This document shows positions 58,126 to 61,055 of a DNA stretch of 61,055 nucleotides, in pieces. The translations under genes and the position numbers were made by a program. Location of the stretch: assembly GCA_046482855.1 (NCBI GenBank), contig JAWOEH010000150.1, positions 1-61,055 of the forward strand, written 5' to 3'. The notes beneath the pieces are model-generated. The model ran no database searches. It had not been told where the DNA came from and saw nothing but the letters and a program-made list of their open reading frames with translations. The stretch is from Bacteroidales bacterium (GTDB taxonomy: Bacteria; Bacteroidota; Bacteroidia; Bacteroidales; UBA12077). Within the stretch, counting starts at the first letter, position 1. Each line of letters starts with the position of its first letter.

Positions 58126-59657
58126 AACAAATATCCGGAATATTTTTCTACTCGGCCGATCAGCCCTTGCTGTTCACACGCCTCTATTTCTGGATATTCT
58201 TCTTTGTTGTGTTGCTTGGATATGGCGTGTTTTATAAGAAAAAAGGCTTACGTACCGGCTACCTCTTTCTGATGAGCCTGTTTTTCTATTACAAATCGGG
58301 AGGGTATTACTTTGGTCTGCTTATCTTCTCCACCTTTGTCGATTATTTTCTAGGAAAATGGATTCATGAATCCATCCACCCCCAACGTAGAAAATGGTTG
58401 GTAGGGTTGAGCGTATTTGTGAATCTTTCCGTTTTGGGCTTCTTCAAGTATGCCTATTTTTTTGTAAACCTTATCAATGAAGCCCTGGGGACAAAATTAG
58501 AAGTGTTCAATTTCCTGGCTCATTGGGCCAATATTTTCACCGGCCATCACTACGATATACACCAAATCATTCTTCCGGTAGGAATCTCCTTTTATACTTT
58601 CCAAACCATTAGCTACACAGTAGATGTTTATCGGCGTAAAGTAAAGCCCGTAGACAATCTGATTGATTTTGGATTTTACGTCTCTTTCTTTCCCCAATTA
58701 GTAGCCGGACCTATTGTACGAGCTGCTGATTTTGTACCCCAAATCTACCAGCGCTATCATCTTACGGCTCGAGAAGCCGGACATGCGCTGTTTTTAATCA
58801 TAGGTGGGTTAATTAAGAAGATCCTGATATCGGATTACATCTCGGTAAACTTTGTCGACAGAGTGTTTTCCACTCCTTCAGCCTATAATGGTTTTGAAAA
58901 CCTCATGGCCAGTTATGGATATGGCCTGCAAATATATTGTGATTTCTCTGGCTACACCGATATTGCCATAGGTGTGGCTTTATTGCTGGGATTTCGCCTA
59001 CCTATAAACTTCAACTCTCCTTACAAAGCCATTAACATTACGGATTTTTGGCGTCGTTGGCACATTTCTCTCTCCACGTGGCTGCGCGATTATTTGTATA
59101 TCCCCCTGGGTGGGAATCGGAATGGCAAGAGAAGAATGCACATCAACCTAATGATTACCATGATTTTAGGGGGATTATGGCACGGGGCGGCATATCGTTT
59201 TATCATTTGGGGGGCTATTCATGGGGTGGCCTTAGTAATCAATAAAAATTATATCCGGCTACGTAAGAAAGTTTCGCCCACCTATAGCAGTACCCATATT
59301 GAACGTCCGCTCCACAGAGCATTGGCTATTTTTACAACCTTCCATATTGTTACCTTTGCATGGCTATTTTTTCGTGCTCCGGATATTGCCCATGTGTCAA
59401 CCATGCTTCAGCAAATTACGGGCAATTTTCCGGTAGACCTGATTCCGGAGATGCTTGTACATTATTGGAAACCCTTTAGCTTAATAGCCATGGGATTTGT
59501 CCTCCATTGGTTGCCATCCTATTGGAAAGAGGAAATCAGAGGGAAATTCATTGATCTTCATTGGGGCTGGAAAGCCCTTATTACGCTGATAGTCGTTCTT
59601 ATCATCTTCCAGGCTAGCACTGCCGGGTTACAACCGTTTATTTACTTCCAGTTTTAA
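58107..59657 (+). CDS. MBOAT O-acyltransferase (PatA/AlgI-like)
   Basis: LPVGISFYTFQ, FFPQLVAGPI, YCDFSGY, FWRRWHISLS and GLWHG. Confidence 0.93.
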   Translation: MAGTLLEQISGIFFYSADQPLLFTRLYFWIFFFVVLLGYGVFYKKKGLRTGYLFLMSLFFYYKSGGYYFGLLIFSTFVDYFLGKWIHESIHPQRRKWLVGLSVFVNLSVLGFFKYAYFFVNLINEALGTKLEVFNFLAHWANIFTGHHYDIHQIILPVGISFYTFQTISYTVDVYRRKVKPVDNLIDFGFYVSFFPQLVAGPIVRAADFVPQIYQRYHLTAREAGHALFLIIGGLIKKILISDYISVNFVDRVFSTPSAYNGFENLMASYGYGLQIYCDFSGYTDIAIGVALLLGFRLPINFNSPYKAINITDFWRRWHISLSTWLRDYLYIPLGGNRNGKRRMHINLMITMILGGLWHGAAYRFIIWGAIHGVALVINKNYIRLRKKVSPTYSSTHIERPLHRALAIFTTFHIVTFAWLFFRAPDIAHVSTMLQQITGNFPVDLIPEMLVHYWKPFSLIAMGFVLHWLPSYWKEEIRGKFIDLHWGWKALITLIVVLIIFQASTAGLQPFIYFQF

Positions 59658-60331
59658 GGCATATAGGGCGTGTCATACCGATGGGTATAAACCTCATTTT
59701 GCTTTAGCTGCTTATCCCAGTAGAAATTAACAAGGCCTAAGTAATTCATGAGTGTTAGGAGCATTCGCACCCACCACTTCAATCGGTAGGGTTTCGCAAT
59801 TTTCTGGCACAACTCTGGAGCAAGTACATTTTTTATTCCCAATTCATAGCCTGCCCTTTCCAGCTGTGTAAGTAAATTCTTCTTCATCCAATGGGGTTGT
59901 ATCTGAATTCCTTCCACCCCTCCACGCACAAGAATCCCGGCATGCCTGACGCCAACATATTGAGAAAACCATTGCAAATATGCCAAAAGCATATTGGCCT
60001 GAGAAGCCTCAGGAAAACCCATTTGTACTAAATAACCAAAAGTTTTCCCTGTCAGGTCTACAGATGTTTCGGTAAGATCTTCCCAAAAAGCCTTTACGCT
60101 TCCAGGCATGGCGTCGGTATACATGGGGAAACCCCACAAAACTGTATCATACTCGTTAATATTCTCCAATAAAAAAGCCCGGTCCGATTTCATTTGAAGA
60201 TAAAGTAGCTTAAATTCCCTTTCTGCCTGAGTTAGGCCTCTGCCCAAGGCTTCGAGCAATACACGTGTATTGCTATTTAGGCCTCGGGGCGAGCCATTTA
60301 CCAAAAGAAGGGGGGCCTGTTTTTCAGCCAT
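59654..60331 (-). CDS. Flavodoxin-like NAD(P)H-dependent oxidoreductase
   Basis: NGSPRG..SNT, FPMYTDAMPG and QMGFPE. Confidence 0.8.
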   Translation of the reverse strand: MAEKQAPLLLVNGSPRGLNSNTRVLLEALGRGLTQAEREFKLLYLQMKSDRAFLLENINEYDTVLWGFPMYTDAMPGSVKAFWEDLTETSVDLTGKTFGYLVQMGFPEASQANMLLAYLQWFSQYVGVRHAGILVRGGVEGIQIQPHWMKKNLLTQLERAGYELGIKNVLAPELCQKIAKPYRLKWWVRMLLTLMNYLGLVNFYWDKQLKQNEVYTHRYDTPYMP

Positions 60332-60899
60332 AGGTATTTGTATTTTCAGGTGTGTAAAGCAATTTATTAAATTTGTTGGGCTGCAGTGCTTCCGAAAAAG
60401 AACGAAAAAACAATAGCCGGGAACGCATATTCAAGGATAGACGCTCACCCCAATGCTGCATAAAACTCCGAACCTGGGAATCTTCATCAGTCAAATCAAG
60501 TACCATTGCGAGCTTTGGATAACGAGGATATCGTTTCCGATGATGCACCTCCTTATTCACTAACTCAAGATAAGGATGCAGCAAGGGTATCATTCGATCG
60601 AAACATTGTTTCATTACAGCCGGAAGAAATCCATCGTAAAGGGGCGAAATTATAAGCAGTACATCCGCACGAATAACTTGGCCTAACACCTCATGCATGT
60701 CATCCTGAAAAACACATTTACCGGGCGATTTCACCCAGCAATCAAAACATCCCACACAAGAGGAAAAGTCCAATTTATCAACATTCACAAAAATTATCTC
60801 CATCTGAAGTGATTCAAGTGTGCGTTTTATTTGTGAAAAACGCGGCCCGTATTCCATTTTTATTCTGGACTCTTCCAGATAAAGGCAACAGATAATCAT
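60324..60899 (-). CDS. Flavodoxin / iron-sulfur flavoprotein-like protein
   Basis: CVGCFDCWVKSPGKC..DDM, SPLY and DRMIP. Confidence 0.8.
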   Translation of the reverse strand: MIICCLYLEESRIKMEYGPRFSQIKRTLESLQMEIIFVNVDKLDFSSCVGCFDCWVKSPGKCVFQDDMHEVLGQVIRADVLLIISPLYDGFLPAVMKQCFDRMIPLLHPYLELVNKEVHHRKRYPRYPKLAMVLDLTDEDSQVRSFMQHWGERLSLNMRSRLLFFRSFSEALQPNKFNKLLYTPENTNTYG

Positions 60900-61005
60900 A
60901 ACGTTGTGTTTAATTAACCAATTTACTCTTTTTTATTTAAGATTTCCATTAAATTTGCCCATCTGAGCAATCCCTTACTTTGCCAGAGAAAAAGCACATT
61001 AAAAG

Positions 61006-61055
61006 ATGATTACACACAAACTGGGAAACTTTAAAAAGGTTCTTCTCTTCATAAA
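61006..61055 (+). CDS. Possible 5' end of a truncated gene
   Basis: ATG at 61006 is open to the window end (MITHKLGNFKKVLLFI), after an A-rich region. Confidence 0.35.
   Translation, partial: MITHKLGNFKKVLLFI

Noticed and set aside
1-61055. CRISPR arrays, IS/transposases, prophage, integrase, rRNA or tRNA
   Set aside because: I saw no repeat-spacer periodicity, no transposase or phage motifs and no tRNA cloverleaf in the short intergenic regions.

Overview
A 61-kb chromosomal segment from a Bacteroidota anaerobe, probably Bacteroidales/Marinilabiliales-like and marine or halotolerant. This assignment rests on porQ-cmk-ispH-pfkA-priA and parA-parB-DUF5683-mltD synteny, a short Bacteroidota-type sigma-A and TAnnTTTG promoter elements. 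I saw no mobile elements, CRISPR arrays, rRNA or tRNA. The main finding is a ~12-kb, 13-gene operon (3473-15324) encoding an Mrp/complex-I-related membrane complex with the signatures of membrane-bound sulfane reductase (MBS/MBX). Its NuoD-like subunit lacks the NiFe CxxC pairs and its NuoB-like subunit has a single-Cys motif. The operon also has a fused double antiporter subunit, a ferredoxin-GltD fusion and a Cys-less DHOD-like FMN barrel; these last two proteins together reproduce the domain set of dihydropyrimidine dehydrogenase. It lies divergent from an FNR-like regulator and has Rex-like palindromes at its promoter. Other clusters are a glucosylglycerate/possible mannosylglucosylglycerate osmolyte operon, a PlcP-like lipid-remodelling locus with 11-bp-period repeats, a MarR-amidohydrolase-two-racemase locus with a shared operator, a porin plus flavinylated-protein pair under a Fur-like box, a sigma-54-type orphan MacB/FtsX permease, a PatA/PatB-like O-acetylation cluster next to mltD, a 70-aa winged-helix protein with a Z-alpha-like wing, and a structured leader upstream of an SLC12-like transporter. 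All functional calls come from motif recognition by eye; no database searches were run.
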